A stretch of 64,000 bases of DNA from Thermodesulfobacteriota bacterium (GTDB taxonomy: Bacteria; Desulfobacterota; Binatia; Bin18): assembly GCA_964291405.2 (NCBI GenBank), contig OZ219926.1:32001-96000 (forward strand), written 5' to 3'. The number at the start of each line of letters is the position of its first letter. Positions within the stretch are counted from its first letter, which is position 1. Below the pieces are notes generated by a model. That model searched no databases, was not told the origin of the DNA, and saw only the letters and a list, made by a program, of their open reading frames with translations. A program made the position numbers and the translations under genes. Positions 47,943-57,371 of the stretch are shown in pieces.

Positions 47943-48884
47943 TTAGCGCTGATGATAGAGCGGATGCCCCCGCACGCTGGTATGCACACGACTGAAGTGG
48001 TCGCCTTCCAAATTGGCAAAATAGAGGTCCTGCATATCCGGACCGCCGAACGCACAGTTGGTGGGAAAATTCAGCTTTTGCCCTTCGGGATCATCAATCA
48101 ACAGACTCCACTGCCCATTGGTATCCACTTTGATGATCTGATGGGCCGGAGCCATATTGACGCCCTGGTGGGCAATACCCTGGAGCGCATGTGAGCCGCC
48201 GATCTTGGCCGGCAGCGTGACGTAAAGATTGCCGTCAACGTCAAAGGCCATTCCGTCGGGCAGGGCGGGGAAGTCTTTGGAGTAGATTTCGGGTGGGCCA
48301 AAAGTCCCGTCTTTCTTGATTTGAATGCGCAGACAGTCGTCCCGGGTGCTTTCCAGCACGTAGACCGCGTCTTCATCCGGTGCGATGGCGGTGCCGTTGG
48401 CAAGGTAAATACCGGTGGCAACGACATCGCCTTGGCCGTCCGGGCGGATACGGACCAGCGCGCCATTCGGGGCCGGCTGGGCCAACTCGTCCAGCGCCTT
48501 TTCCAGCGTCGGAGCGCTCGAAGAATTGGAGACGTATAAATTTCCCTCCGCGTCATAGCTGGCGAAATTCGGCATAGTGAGCTTTACATCGCCCACCTGG
48601 TCGGCAATGAGCGAGACCTGGCCGTCCTGGGAAACGCGCATCACGGCCTGCTTGGCCAGGTCGCAGTAGACGATATTGCCTTCACGGTCCATGGTCACGC
48701 CGTTGGGCATGGAGCCCTCCGGTAACTGGACCACTTCACTCACTACCCCGTCCGGGGTCACTCGGTACACGATGCCGTCGCGACCCGCGCCATAGGCCGA
48801 GCCATCTTTATCAATGACCACGCCTTCGGCCTGAAGAACGCCTCGCCCAAAAATTTCTACCTGGTCCAGAGAAAATGTCGTCAC
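47943..48884 (-). CDS. SMP-30/gluconolactonase/LRE beta-propeller
   Basis: AEG, PNG, ANG, PDGMAFD, PTNCAFGG. Confidence 0.9.
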   Translation of the reverse strand: MTTFSLDQVEIFGRGVLQAEGVVIDKDGSAYGAGRDGIVYRVTPDGVVSEVVQLPEGSMPNGVTMDREGNIVYCDLAKQAVMRVSQDGQVSLIADQVGDVKLTMPNFASYDAEGNLYVSNSSSAPTLEKALDELAQPAPNGALVRIRPDGQGDVVATGIYLANGTAIAPDEDAVYVLESTRDDCLRIQIKKDGTFGPPEIYSKDFPALPDGMAFDVDGNLYVTLPAKIGGSHALQGIAHQGVNMAPAHQIIKVDTNGQWSLLIDDPEGQKLNFPTNCAFGGPDMQDLYFANLEGDHFSRVHTSVRGHPLYHQR

Positions 48885-48917
48885 AGGTATGCTCCTTTTG
48901 CTGTCCTCACGAGGCCG

Positions 48918-49334
48918 TTACGGCGTTGTCAGGCGCACCCGTTCCCCGTCCAGTTCAAGCGTGGTCTTGGAGTAGGTGAGTTTCTGAATGATCTTGCCGT
49001 CTTTGAAGTGCAGGACATCGATCCCACGGCGGGCTTCGTGTTTTTTCTCCTGGCCCTTCTCAAACGAAGGGGAGTCGAGCTGCCACCGGTAGAGCATTTT
49101 TTGATCGATCTCATCGATGAAGGTCTCTTCGTCCGTAAATTTGAACCCCCCATGATTGGCAAACCAGGGAGTCCAGGCCTGGCGCAGATTTTCCTTGCCC
49201 CTGACCCAGCCTCCGGTCCAGTTCTCGAAGTAAATCTCGTCGTGAAATAAATCCATTACGCCATCGAGGTCGTGCTCGTTCCAGGCAACCCCCCATTTGG
49301 CGAACGCGCTAGACATCTCGTCTCGTGTCAACAT
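48918..49334 (-). CDS. SnoaL/NTF2-like protein
   Basis: AWNEHDLD, RGKE, RGIDVLHFKDGKI; AAGGAG RBS. Confidence 0.85.
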   Translation of the reverse strand: MLTRDEMSSAFAKWGVAWNEHDLDGVMDLFHDEIYFENWTGGWVRGKENLRQAWTPWFANHGGFKFTDEETFIDEIDQKMLYRWQLDSPSFEKGQEKKHEARRGIDVLHFKDGKIIQKLTYSKTTLELDGERVRLTTP

Positions 49335-49354
49335 GGTCTTCTCCTTTCGTGAGG

Positions 49355-49382
49355 GTAGGGGCAATTCATGAATTGCCCCTAC
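49355..49382. repeat. Family B REP palindrome
   Basis: Identical to 47911-47938. Confidence 0.85.
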
Positions 49383-49385
49383 GTA

Positions 49386-50270
49386 TTACGATACGTCTTG
49401 GACTTGCTTGGCAAACGACCGAACCTCCTGAGCAATACTATCCGGGTCGCGGCTGAGCGGAACGGTGTATAAGACCTTCACCCCCAGGTCGCGGTAGGTT
49501 TTGATATCGTCCGGCGTGGTCCGGGTCGGGTCAGTCATAGCCGTCAGTTCGAGGTCGTCATAATTCCGTCCGGCCTCGTCCATGAGCCGTTTCAGTTGAT
49601 CCAGCATGGGCCGAATCTGGTTAAAGGTCAGCAGGGCAATATGCCACCCGTCGCCAAACCGGGCCACCCGTTTCAGGGCGTATACCGATTCTCCGCCAAC
49701 CCAGATGGGCGGGTGGGGTTTCTGGAGGGGGCGCGGGAGCACATTGACATCTTCTTCCAGCTTAACGAACTCGCCCGCATAGCGCGGGCTGTCTTCGGTC
49801 CACAGCGCCTTCATCATCTCGATATATTCACGCGTGCGCTTACCGCGGCGCTGAAAGGGAACGCCCAGCAGATTGAACTCTTCTTCAAGCCAGCCCACCC
49901 CGGTGCCGAGAATGAAGCGCCCGCCGGACAAGACATCGATGGTGGCGACCCGCCGTGCCACATCAAAAGGGTGGCGGTAGGGGACAATCAGGACGCTCAG
50001 GCCGAGCCGGACCTTTTCGGTAATCCCGGCGAGAAAGGCGATGGTATCGAACGGGTCCAGCCATTCCATGCTGGTATAAATATCGTAATTCGGTTTTCCG
50101 TCGTTATATTCCTCATACGGCCACGGCGAGGCAATGGTTTTGGGCAGGACAATATGATCACCGATAAGGAGCGAGTCGCAGCCTTCCTCCTCGGCAATAC
50201 GGGCAACATCCATGAGGACCTTCCGGTCACACACCGAAGCGCCGCCGGCTAAGTGCAAGCCGTATTTCAT
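49386..50270 (-). CDS. LLM, probable F420-dependent oxidoreductase
   Basis: GDHIV, DPF, LSGGRFILGTGVGWLEEEF, PRPLQKPHPPIWVGG. Confidence 0.9.
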   Translation of the reverse strand: MKYGLHLAGGASVCDRKVLMDVARIAEEEGCDSLLIGDHIVLPKTIASPWPYEEYNDGKPNYDIYTSMEWLDPFDTIAFLAGITEKVRLGLSVLIVPYRHPFDVARRVATIDVLSGGRFILGTGVGWLEEEFNLLGVPFQRRGKRTREYIEMMKALWTEDSPRYAGEFVKLEEDVNVLPRPLQKPHPPIWVGGESVYALKRVARFGDGWHIALLTFNQIRPMLDQLKRLMDEAGRNYDDLELTAMTDPTRTTPDDIKTYRDLGVKVLYTVPLSRDPDSIAQEVRSFAKQVQDVS

Positions 50271-50465
50271 GAATCCCCTCCTTTAGGCATCAATAGAGAA
50301 TAAAACTGCCCACGTCGTAGCGAAAAGATGCGTATCACGCAAGGGAGAATGCCCGGAAACGGCTGTGGCCTTGCTCCTCTAGATACTTTTCCCGGCATAG
50401 TATTGCTTGACAGCCTGAAAGAGTTACTTCACAGTTATTTTATTGTGGACGAGCAATGTAAGGTG

Positions 50466-51197
50466 ATGAGACGAAATGCAAGAACAGACCCGCACCAACG
50501 GAGCCCGTGGCTCTGGAGTTGTGGCCTGATCCTCGTTGCTTGCTGTGCTTTTCTGCTTTCGGCTTGCTCCTCCTCCAGTCCACTTGATCGATTGAAATCC
50601 CAGCTCGCCTCTGCGCCGGAATACGCCATTATTCTGAGTGATATGCGCGAAGAGGGAACGTTTTTCTCTTCGTATTTTCATCAATACCAAGTCGTACAGG
50701 GAGATAACTCCTGGACCACTGACTGGTTGCAAGTCCCGGAGTCCGTTTATCGCGCCAATGAGAATTTTCTCGGTATGACGCTCGCCTCCAAAACCCCTGG
50801 GGGCGAGAACAATGTCCCCCATCCGCCCGGTTATGATTACGTTGGCAATCCGCGCTACGGCTCGTGGCAGACGAATAGCAGCGGCATGTCGTTCTGGGCG
50901 TTTTACGGTCAATATGCGCTTATGCGCGACCTCCTCGGGATGGGACGGGGGTCCATTTTCCGGAATGACTATGATTCCTATCAACGCTCGCGCTCGGAGC
51001 GACGGCCATACTATGGCCGGACGGGAAGAGAATACGGGACGCGCGGCACGGTCACCCAGCAGCAGAAACCGTCTTTTTTCGCCCGCCGCCGCGCCAGGGA
51101 TGCCGCGCAACGACAACGTTTCCAGCAAAAATTCAACAACCGCTTTGGGCGGAGCAGCGTTCCGACGCGCTCGCGTGGCTTTGGCTTTGGCAAATAA
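50466..51197 (+). CDS. Lipoprotein with Arg/Gly-rich tail (YjfM/DUF1190-like position)
   Basis: Lipobox LSAC; YVGNPRYGSW, SFWAFYGQY; ends RSRGFGFGK. Confidence 0.75.
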   Translation: MRRNARTDPHQRSPWLWSCGLILVACCAFLLSACSSSSPLDRLKSQLASAPEYAIILSDMREEGTFFSSYFHQYQVVQGDNSWTTDWLQVPESVYRANENFLGMTLASKTPGGENNVPHPPGYDYVGNPRYGSWQTNSSGMSFWAFYGQYALMRDLLGMGRGSIFRNDYDSYQRSRSERRPYYGRTGREYGTRGTVTQQQKPSFFARRRARDAAQRQRFQQKFNNRFGRSSVPTRSRGFGFGK

Positions 51198-51213
51198 GCC
51201 GAAGAGGTAGGTC

Positions 51214-52059
51214 ATGACTCTGGACACTGTGATTCTGGCCAGTATCTATCTCCTGTCTGCCTATATCTTGTTCTGGCTGGGGAAACGTGTATTTGATTTC
51301 CTGCACCGCGATTTTCGCGTTCGCGAGGAATTGGTTGAGCGGAAAAACCCGGCCCTGGCGCTGGCCCTTGTGGGCTATTATCTCGGAGTTGTGTTTGCTA
51401 TTGGCGGAGCTATTGTTGGTCCGTCGAGCGGCCTGGTTGACGATGTGCTCGATCTGTTCCTGTACGGTATATTGGCCATCCTTCTGCTGAATATCTCAAC
51501 GCTGGTCAGCGACCGCTTGATTCTCTTCCAGTTCAGCAACACCAAGGAGATCATTCAAGATCAAAATGCGGGAACGGGCATCACCGCTGGGGGCGTGTAC
51601 GCAGCTACCGGCCTGATTCTGTTCGGCGCCATTTCAGGGGAGGGCGGCACGGTCTGGACGGCGATCGGCTTCTGGGTCCTGGGTCAACTAGCCCTGATCC
51701 TGACCGGGCTGGTATACGAGTGGATCACACCGTACAGCATTCATGACGAGATCGAAAAGGATAATGTTGCCGTTGGGGTCAGCTTTGCCGGAGCGCTGCT
51801 GAGCATGGGCAATATCCTGCGCCATGCGCTGAGTGGCGATTTTTATTCCTGGCAGGCAAATCTGCTGACCTTCTGCTCCCTGGCCGTGATCGGCCTGGTG
51901 GCGCTGCCGATTATCCGCTGGGCGACGGACAAAGTGCTCTTACCCGGAACGACGATTACGGCCGAGCTGGTGGAGCATGAACAGCCGAATCTCGGGGCTG
52001 CCTATATCGAGATGTTCTCCTATATTAGTGCGTCTTTTCTCATCACTTGGTGTCTCTAG
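51214..52059 (+). CDS. DUF350 membrane protein (tandem domains)
   Basis: EELVERKNPALAL and DEIEKDNVAVGV repeats; about 8 TM segments. Confidence 0.85.
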   Translation: MTLDTVILASIYLLSAYILFWLGKRVFDFLHRDFRVREELVERKNPALALALVGYYLGVVFAIGGAIVGPSSGLVDDVLDLFLYGILAILLLNISTLVSDRLILFQFSNTKEIIQDQNAGTGITAGGVYAATGLILFGAISGEGGTVWTAIGFWVLGQLALILTGLVYEWITPYSIHDEIEKDNVAVGVSFAGALLSMGNILRHALSGDFYSWQANLLTFCSLAVIGLVALPIIRWATDKVLLPGTTITAELVEHEQPNLGAAYIEMFSYISASFLITWCL

Positions 52060-53581
52060 TCTGCTGAAGCTGTGCCTGTTTGCCACGGGCTTGGCCGGCA
52101 TAGTCGCCGAGTTTGTGCTGTGCACGCTTGCGACCTACTTCCTCGGCAATGCGGTGTTGCAGTGGACGCTGATGATGTCCTTCATGCTGTTTGCCATGGG
52201 CCTGGGCAGTCATCTGAGTCGCTATTGCAGTGCGCACCTGTTGGACACCTTTACCGTTCTTGAGTTCGCGCTGTCCCTGTTGTGTGCCAGCGCCGCGGCC
52301 GCGGCCTACGTCCTGTCTCCTTTTCTCAATAATATAGGCGTGGTGATTTATCCGCTCGGCATTGCTATCGGCCTGTTGATCGGTATGGAGATCCCGCTCA
52401 TTACGCGGGTCAATGCCGCCCATGAAGAGCTCCGGGTCAACATTTCTTCCGTGCTGGAGAAGGATTATTACGGAGCGCTTATTGGGGGGCTGTTCTTTGC
52501 CTTTGTGGCCCTGCCGTATTTCGGATTGACCTATACTCCGATAGCGCTGGGTGCGGTGAACTTCGGGGTTGCCTCGCTCCTGTTGTTTCGCTTTCGGTCT
52601 TTGCTGAGCGCCCCGCGACTGCTGAGCGGCCTCTGGGCCGGGGTTGGCGCCGGGCTTATCGGACTGTTTGTCCTGGCGGAACCCATCCTCCTGTTTGGCG
52701 AGCAGGCCCTGTATAAAGATACGGTTGTCCTGGCCAAGCAAACGCCCTATCAGCGGCTAGTGGTGACGCGCTGGCGGAATGATTACTGGCTCTATATTAA
52801 CGGCAACCAGCAGTTCAGCAGCTACGATGAAGAGCGCTACCACGAACCGCTCGTCCATCCGGCGATGGCGCTGACCGGCAATCGCGCTGAGGTGCTCATT
52901 CTCGGCGGAGGCGATGGGTTGGCGTTACGGGAGGTGCTCAAATACCCCCAAGTCCAAGCTGTGACTCTGGTTGATCTTGACCCGGAGATGACAACCCTGG
53001 CCGCTACGCACCCGGTCTTCCTGCAACTCAATGCACACGCCTTGGCCGACCCTCGGGTGTCGGTTGTTAATGCCGATGCCTTTTCCTTTCTCCAGGACTC
53101 GCCGCATTTATTCGACGTGATTATTATTGACTTGCCCGACCCGAACTCCGCGGAACTGGCCCGGCTGTATTCGCTCAACTTCTATCGGCTGTGCAAGAAG
53201 CATCTCAAACGGGGCGGCACCCTGGTCACGCAGGCGACCAGCCCGTTTTTCAGCCGTCGGGCTTTCGTGTGTATCCAGAAAACGATGGCGGAGGCCGGCT
53301 TCAGCGTTTTGCCCTACCACAACCATATCCCGACGTTGGGCGAGTGGGGCTTCGTGTTGGGGGTGGGTGCCGAACTGCTTGCATCTGCGACCCTGAAGAA
53401 AACCGTACAAGAATTGTCCTTCCAAGAGGTTGAGACGCGCTTTCTCAACCAGGAGGCAATGATTGCCATGGTGCATTTTGGGAAGGGTGTTTTTCGGGAC
53501 ACCGAGGAGATCGAGGCGAATCGGGAGAGTAGGCCCGTTTTACCGTCGTATTATCAGCAGGGCAGGTGGGAGGTGTATTAG
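52028..53581 (+). CDS. speE: Membrane-anchored polyamine aminopropyltransferase (spermidine synthase-like)
   Basis: About 7 TM N-terminal domain (GMEIPL, DYYGAL); QTPYQ, YHEPLVHP, LGGGDG, VDLDP, DLPDP; start uncertain (GTG 52028 or ATG 51977). Confidence 0.88.
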   Translation: MRLFSSLGVSSLLKLCLFATGLAGIVAEFVLCTLATYFLGNAVLQWTLMMSFMLFAMGLGSHLSRYCSAHLLDTFTVLEFALSLLCASAAAAAYVLSPFLNNIGVVIYPLGIAIGLLIGMEIPLITRVNAAHEELRVNISSVLEKDYYGALIGGLFFAFVALPYFGLTYTPIALGAVNFGVASLLLFRFRSLLSAPRLLSGLWAGVGAGLIGLFVLAEPILLFGEQALYKDTVVLAKQTPYQRLVVTRWRNDYWLYINGNQQFSSYDEERYHEPLVHPAMALTGNRAEVLILGGGDGLALREVLKYPQVQAVTLVDLDPEMTTLAATHPVFLQLNAHALADPRVSVVNADAFSFLQDSPHLFDVIIIDLPDPNSAELARLYSLNFYRLCKKHLKRGGTLVTQATSPFFSRRAFVCIQKTMAEAGFSVLPYHNHIPTLGEWGFVLGVGAELLASATLKKTVQELSFQEVETRFLNQEAMIAMVHFGKGVFRDTEEIEANRESRPVLPSYYQQGRWEVY

Positions 53582-53589
53582 GGCGTAAT

Positions 53590-54141
53590 CTACGATTGTT
53601 CCCGCGGTAGAATATGGGAGAATTCGTACTCGTTGACGTATTTGCCGACAGCGGCTTCAAACTCGTCTTCGTCCCACTGTTCGATGGTCAGGGTGTTGTC
53701 TTCCGACGCGTCCATATAGTCCCAATAGATCATCTCGTCGCCGGCAACCCGCCCGTTGGGATGATAATAGCCGGCGCCACTTTCGGCCAACCGAAAATGG
53801 ATGCCTTGGTATTCGATTTCCTCAGGCGGGTCGTCATGCTGCCTGATATGCGCTCGCACGTCTTGACCCAGGGCTGAAAAATCTATTTTGCGCGAGATGT
53901 TCCATTCAACGCCATCGTCCTCTTCACGCTCAAGAAAGAACGAATCGTCTCCGGCGTCGAGTTCCCACTCCTGCGTTTTGGTGTCGTCAAAGGTATAGCT
54001 ACTCTGACTTTTGACCTGCCAGGTCTTGAGGTCATAGTCGACCAGATAGCCGACTTTCAGGTTTGAGAGGGTTAAATCACTGAGCGGGTCGAGGTCCGCC
54101 TGCTCGTCTTTTTTTCCAAAGAGTTTCTTCCAGAGAGACAT
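53590..54141 (-). CDS. DUF4178-like protein
   Basis: Acidic beta-rich protein; PPEEIEY, ESG, YWDY, IEQW; AGAGGAG RBS. Confidence 0.75.
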   Translation of the reverse strand: MSLWKKLFGKKDEQADLDPLSDLTLSNLKVGYLVDYDLKTWQVKSQSSYTFDDTKTQEWELDAGDDSFFLEREEDDGVEWNISRKIDFSALGQDVRAHIRQHDDPPEEIEYQGIHFRLAESGAGYYHPNGRVAGDEMIYWDYMDASEDNTLTIEQWDEDEFEAAVGKYVNEYEFSHILPREQS

Positions 54142-54215
54142 AAAGACTCCTCTGTTTACCCAAAAAATCCCTTCCTCGAAGGACTGTCCTAATTCGGAGC
54201 GTAGTGCCAATGAGG

Positions 54216-54254
54216 AACCCACCCCGGCCTGCGGCCACCCCTCCGAGGAGGGGA
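54216..54254. repeat. Family A palindromic repeat, single unit
   Basis: AACCCACCCCGGCCTGCGGCCACCCCTCCGAGGAGGGGA. Confidence 0.8.
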
Positions 54255-54264
54255 TAGAGGTGAG

Positions 54265-54972
54265 CTATGCCGAAATCCCCATCTTGGCCTTGAGGGCGGC
54301 CAGGGAATCATTCGCCTGGGTATTGCCTTGGCTCAGGGCCGCATCAATCTCATTATCGACGCTTTTATCGACATCGGCGACCTGGCCGTACGCCTGGGCT
54401 AAGGACTCGTCTTCTTCAACCTTGTTGCGCATCTTTTCCAGCATGGCGATTGTGCTGGATGAATCGACCTTGGCGAGTTGCTGGTTGATCTTCTTGGTCG
54501 ATGCCGCGGTACGTGCGCGGGCCTTTAAGGTAATGAGATCATTCTCATATTTGGTGGTCATGGATTTCAGCTTCTCGATCTTGCCCTGCAACTGGTTGGC
54601 CATGCTGTCCTGATTTTCCCAATCCTTAAGAGCCTGGGCCGCCCTCTGGCTGGCCTCTTCTTTCTTTTTCAGGGCTTCGGCCGCCAGACGCTCGGCTTCG
54701 GCCTGATCCATCTCGCCACTCTGCATCTTTTGCAGTAGCAGCATGGCCTTGCGTTCATACTCGGCCGCCAGAGATTTACTGCTGTCCGCGTCTTTTCTCA
54801 GGCGAATGGCCACGCTCTTGACCTCGGCTAAACTCGTCATACTAGCTTGGAGATCATTCTTGAGATCACGGATACCTTGCTCGGTCATGCGGATAGGGTC
54901 TTCCATGTTGTCAAGAACGGCATGGGCTTCGGATTGTCCGATTTTGAATAGGCGTTGAAAAAAACCTGCCAT
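54265..54972 (-). CDS. pspA: PspA/IM30 (ESCRT-III superfamily) protein
   Basis: MAGFFQRLF, MEDP, long coiled coil, LAALKAKMG. Confidence 0.9.
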   Translation of the reverse strand: MAGFFQRLFKIGQSEAHAVLDNMEDPIRMTEQGIRDLKNDLQASMTSLAEVKSVAIRLRKDADSSKSLAAEYERKAMLLLQKMQSGEMDQAEAERLAAEALKKKEEASQRAAQALKDWENQDSMANQLQGKIEKLKSMTTKYENDLITLKARARTAASTKKINQQLAKVDSSSTIAMLEKMRNKVEEDESLAQAYGQVADVDKSVDNEIDAALSQGNTQANDSLAALKAKMGISA

Positions 54973-54990
54973 AATATACCTCCGGATTGG

Positions 54991-55389
54991 TTAGTGCTTT
55001 GTATAGGAGAGTAGCTCTCCTGCATTCTCGGCCAGGGCCAGACTCAGCGCTTCAATCGAGCCTTCCAGTTCATTGCTGTCCAGATTCTCGATGCGCAGCG
55101 TGTCACGAAAAAGGATGGTCTGCGTCTCCTCGTCCAGCACAAAGGCGCCATGCACCAGGAGCCGGTTCATTTGCAGCAAACGCCGGAATAAATTCCCCGG
55201 CTCCTGCGGAATGGGCATAATGACCTGCTCCAACACGAGCAGGGGGTCCTCGCAGTCAACGATCAGGTTGTTGATGCCGCTGTCTTCGTCATTGACGATA
55301 AACAACTCCTGGCCTTCGTCCTCGTGCGTAATCGCGTAGTCCAAATCAAGCAACAGCGATTTTACTTTCTCAAAATACTCTGCTGGCAT
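54991..55389 (-). CDS. YbjN/CesT-like chaperone-fold protein
   Basis: LLQMNRLLVHGAFVLD, FRDTL, NLDSNEL; directly upstream of pspA. Confidence 0.75.
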   Translation of the reverse strand: MPAEYFEKVKSLLLDLDYAITHEDEGQELFIVNDEDSGINNLIVDCEDPLLVLEQVIMPIPQEPGNLFRRLLQMNRLLVHGAFVLDEETQTILFRDTLRIENLDSNELEGSIEALSLALAENAGELLSYTKH

Positions 55390-55407
55390 ACGTCGCTTCC
55401 TCCACAC

Positions 55408-56436
55408 TTATCTCTGGTTGGGACGTTCCTGTCCGATAACGATGAGTTGGTCTTCCAGTTGGATTATATAGTCGCTCGGTGGGTTTGCAAGAAACCTTGC
55501 CTGTGCCCGGCTTTCGACGGCTACAAGCAGGAGATTCTGTTCTCTTTTCAGTTCAATCAGCGCATCCACAAAAGCGTGGCCAACACAGGCTCGCGGCACC
55601 GGAATGGTGTACAGCGCACTCCCGAAGCGGTTGCTGACGAGTTCGTTGACCAGCAGGGGTACGCCACGGTTCAAGGCGGCCTGAACCAGCAAGTTGGTGC
55701 TCAATGCACCGGTGACAATCACTTCATCCGCCTTGGCTCGCTTGCCGTGAGCAATATTTTGCTGTTCAAGCAGTTCAACGCACGTATACAGGCTCGGGTA
55801 GGTGGTTTTGATGGTGAGCGTATCCAAAATCGTCTTGGCATCCCGCGTGTGGACCTCGCCCTGTTCATCAGCCAGCACGATGGCGACCTCTGCCTTTTGG
55901 GCATTGGCCCGTGCCAGGGTTTCCGGGCTGACGACCCCGCTGACAAATTGGACCCGTTCACCGTCCAAAGGATTCTCGGGCAAGTCGGCGATCAGCACAA
56001 TCGAACGGTGGCGGGCCTTTTCGTCGGCCCTGACCTCTTCAATAATTTCCTTGGCTTTATAATTCCAGCCGCACAGCACAATATGGCCGGTACTTGAGAG
56101 CGGTTTCATCCCTTTTCCCTCCTGCCGTCGGTTCTCAACAAAGGTGCTGGCCAGGGTGGCCGTCAGCATGCCGAGAAACCCGATGCCGAACAGCATCAGA
56201 AAGATGCCGACGATTCGGCCTCCCAACGAGGTCGGGTAGATATCCCCATAGCCGACTGTGGTAATGGTCACGAGCGTCCACCACACTGCGTCCACCACGG
56301 ATAACTGCGGCTCAAAAAACGAGATACCCGCCATTCCGGTGATGGAGATGACAACCAGCACCAGGAGGACCACGTCCAAATGGTCTTTCCGTAGCTGGTG
56401 GGCAAAGCGTCTCAAAAGGACCAGGATAGTGGGCAT
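55408..56436 (-). CDS. Two-TM potassium channel with RCK/TrkA domain
   Basis: Filter TTVGYGD; HIVLCGWN. Confidence 0.92.
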   Translation of the reverse strand: MPTILVLLRRFAHQLRKDHLDVVLLVLVVISITGMAGISFFEPQLSVVDAVWWTLVTITTVGYGDIYPTSLGGRIVGIFLMLFGIGFLGMLTATLASTFVENRRQEGKGMKPLSSTGHIVLCGWNYKAKEIIEEVRADEKARHRSIVLIADLPENPLDGERVQFVSGVVSPETLARANAQKAEVAIVLADEQGEVHTRDAKTILDTLTIKTTYPSLYTCVELLEQQNIAHGKRAKADEVIVTGALSTNLLVQAALNRGVPLLVNELVSNRFGSALYTIPVPRACVGHAFVDALIELKREQNLLLVAVESRAQARFLANPPSDYIIQLEDQLIVIGQERPNQR

Positions 56437-56445
56437 AGGGACAGA

Positions 56446-56847
56446 TTATGATTTGTCTGGCTTTTCCACGGGAAGCCCGGCCTCGGCCCAGCCGTTAAAA
56501 CCGGCTTCCAGATGGGCAATATTGGGAAAACCCATATCTTGTAAAGCATCAGCGGCCAGCGCAGACCGGCCTCCTGCAGCGCAATACACGACAATGCGTT
56601 TTTCAGGATCAACCTTTCCGGTGCAATACTGAGAGGACGGGTCGAGCCAGAATTCCAGCATACCGCGTGGTACATGCATGGCACTCGGAATCCAGCCCAG
56701 CTTCTGCCGTTCACGCACGTCTCGAATATCGAGAAGCTGCGTCTCTCCGGACTCTAACTCTTGCTGTAACTGTCCTACGGACAGGTTCTCAATACGCGTC
56801 TTCGCCTCCTCAACCATCTGCTCCGCAGTCTTCTTGAGTTTGAACAT
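56446..56847 (-). CDS. Rhodanese-like sulfurtransferase
   Basis: LDIRD, PRGMLEF, YCAAGGRS, GFNGW. Confidence 0.9.
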   Translation of the reverse strand: MFKLKKTAEQMVEEAKTRIENLSVGQLQQELESGETQLLDIRDVRERQKLGWIPSAMHVPRGMLEFWLDPSSQYCTGKVDPEKRIVVYCAAGGRSALAADALQDMGFPNIAHLEAGFNGWAEAGLPVEKPDKS

Positions 56848-56954
56848 ACCGGTCCTTTCTGCTGTATCTCTGCTGCAATGCTAGAAGGTTTCCTTAAGAA
56901 CGGCTACTCCCTGTTGTTATGGACTGGAGCCTACACCTGTCTCCGCATGTCTGC

Positions 56955-57224
56955 TTACTCCGGCCGACAGGTAAGGCTATCCCGGGGAGCGTTCTGACAG
57001 GCAATAGTGTCAGTGACACCTGAGGCGAGCAGGGCGCAGGCGTTGGTAATTGCCGCCATCTGGGCCTCATGCTCTGTCGCCCCGTCGACCTCGCGGCAGA
57101 CCTGCCGGCCGTGGAAGGTGATACAGACCTCACACCGCACCCCGCCTATCTGGAATGTCGAATACACGACGATAGCCATCACCGCCAGAATAATGCCAAG
57201 CGCCACCCAACTCGTCCGCTTCAT
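56955..57224 (-). CDS. Small single-TM, six-cysteine protein
   Basis: AAGGA RBS; N-terminal TM segment; CEVC plus four more Cys. Confidence 0.7.
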   Translation of the reverse strand: MKRTSWVALGIILAVMAIVVYSTFQIGGVRCEVCITFHGRQVCREVDGATEHEAQMAAITNACALLASGVTDTIACQNAPRDSLTCRPE

Positions 57225-57274
57225 AGCCAGGTCATATTCCTTTGTTTGCGAGACTGCTATATTTCCGCACGAAC

Positions 57275-57329
57275 AAAAAAGTAAACGTGTCCAGCATCTG
57301 TATGTCTATTGGAGGACACGTTTGCTCTT
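57275..57329. repeat. Family C ~55-bp inverted-repeat element
   Basis: AGTAAACGTGTCC...GGACACGTTTGCT. Confidence 0.8.
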
Positions 57330-57371
57330 CGGTGTGTAGCATAGCTCCAAACGCTCCGCAGCCGCTCCCAT

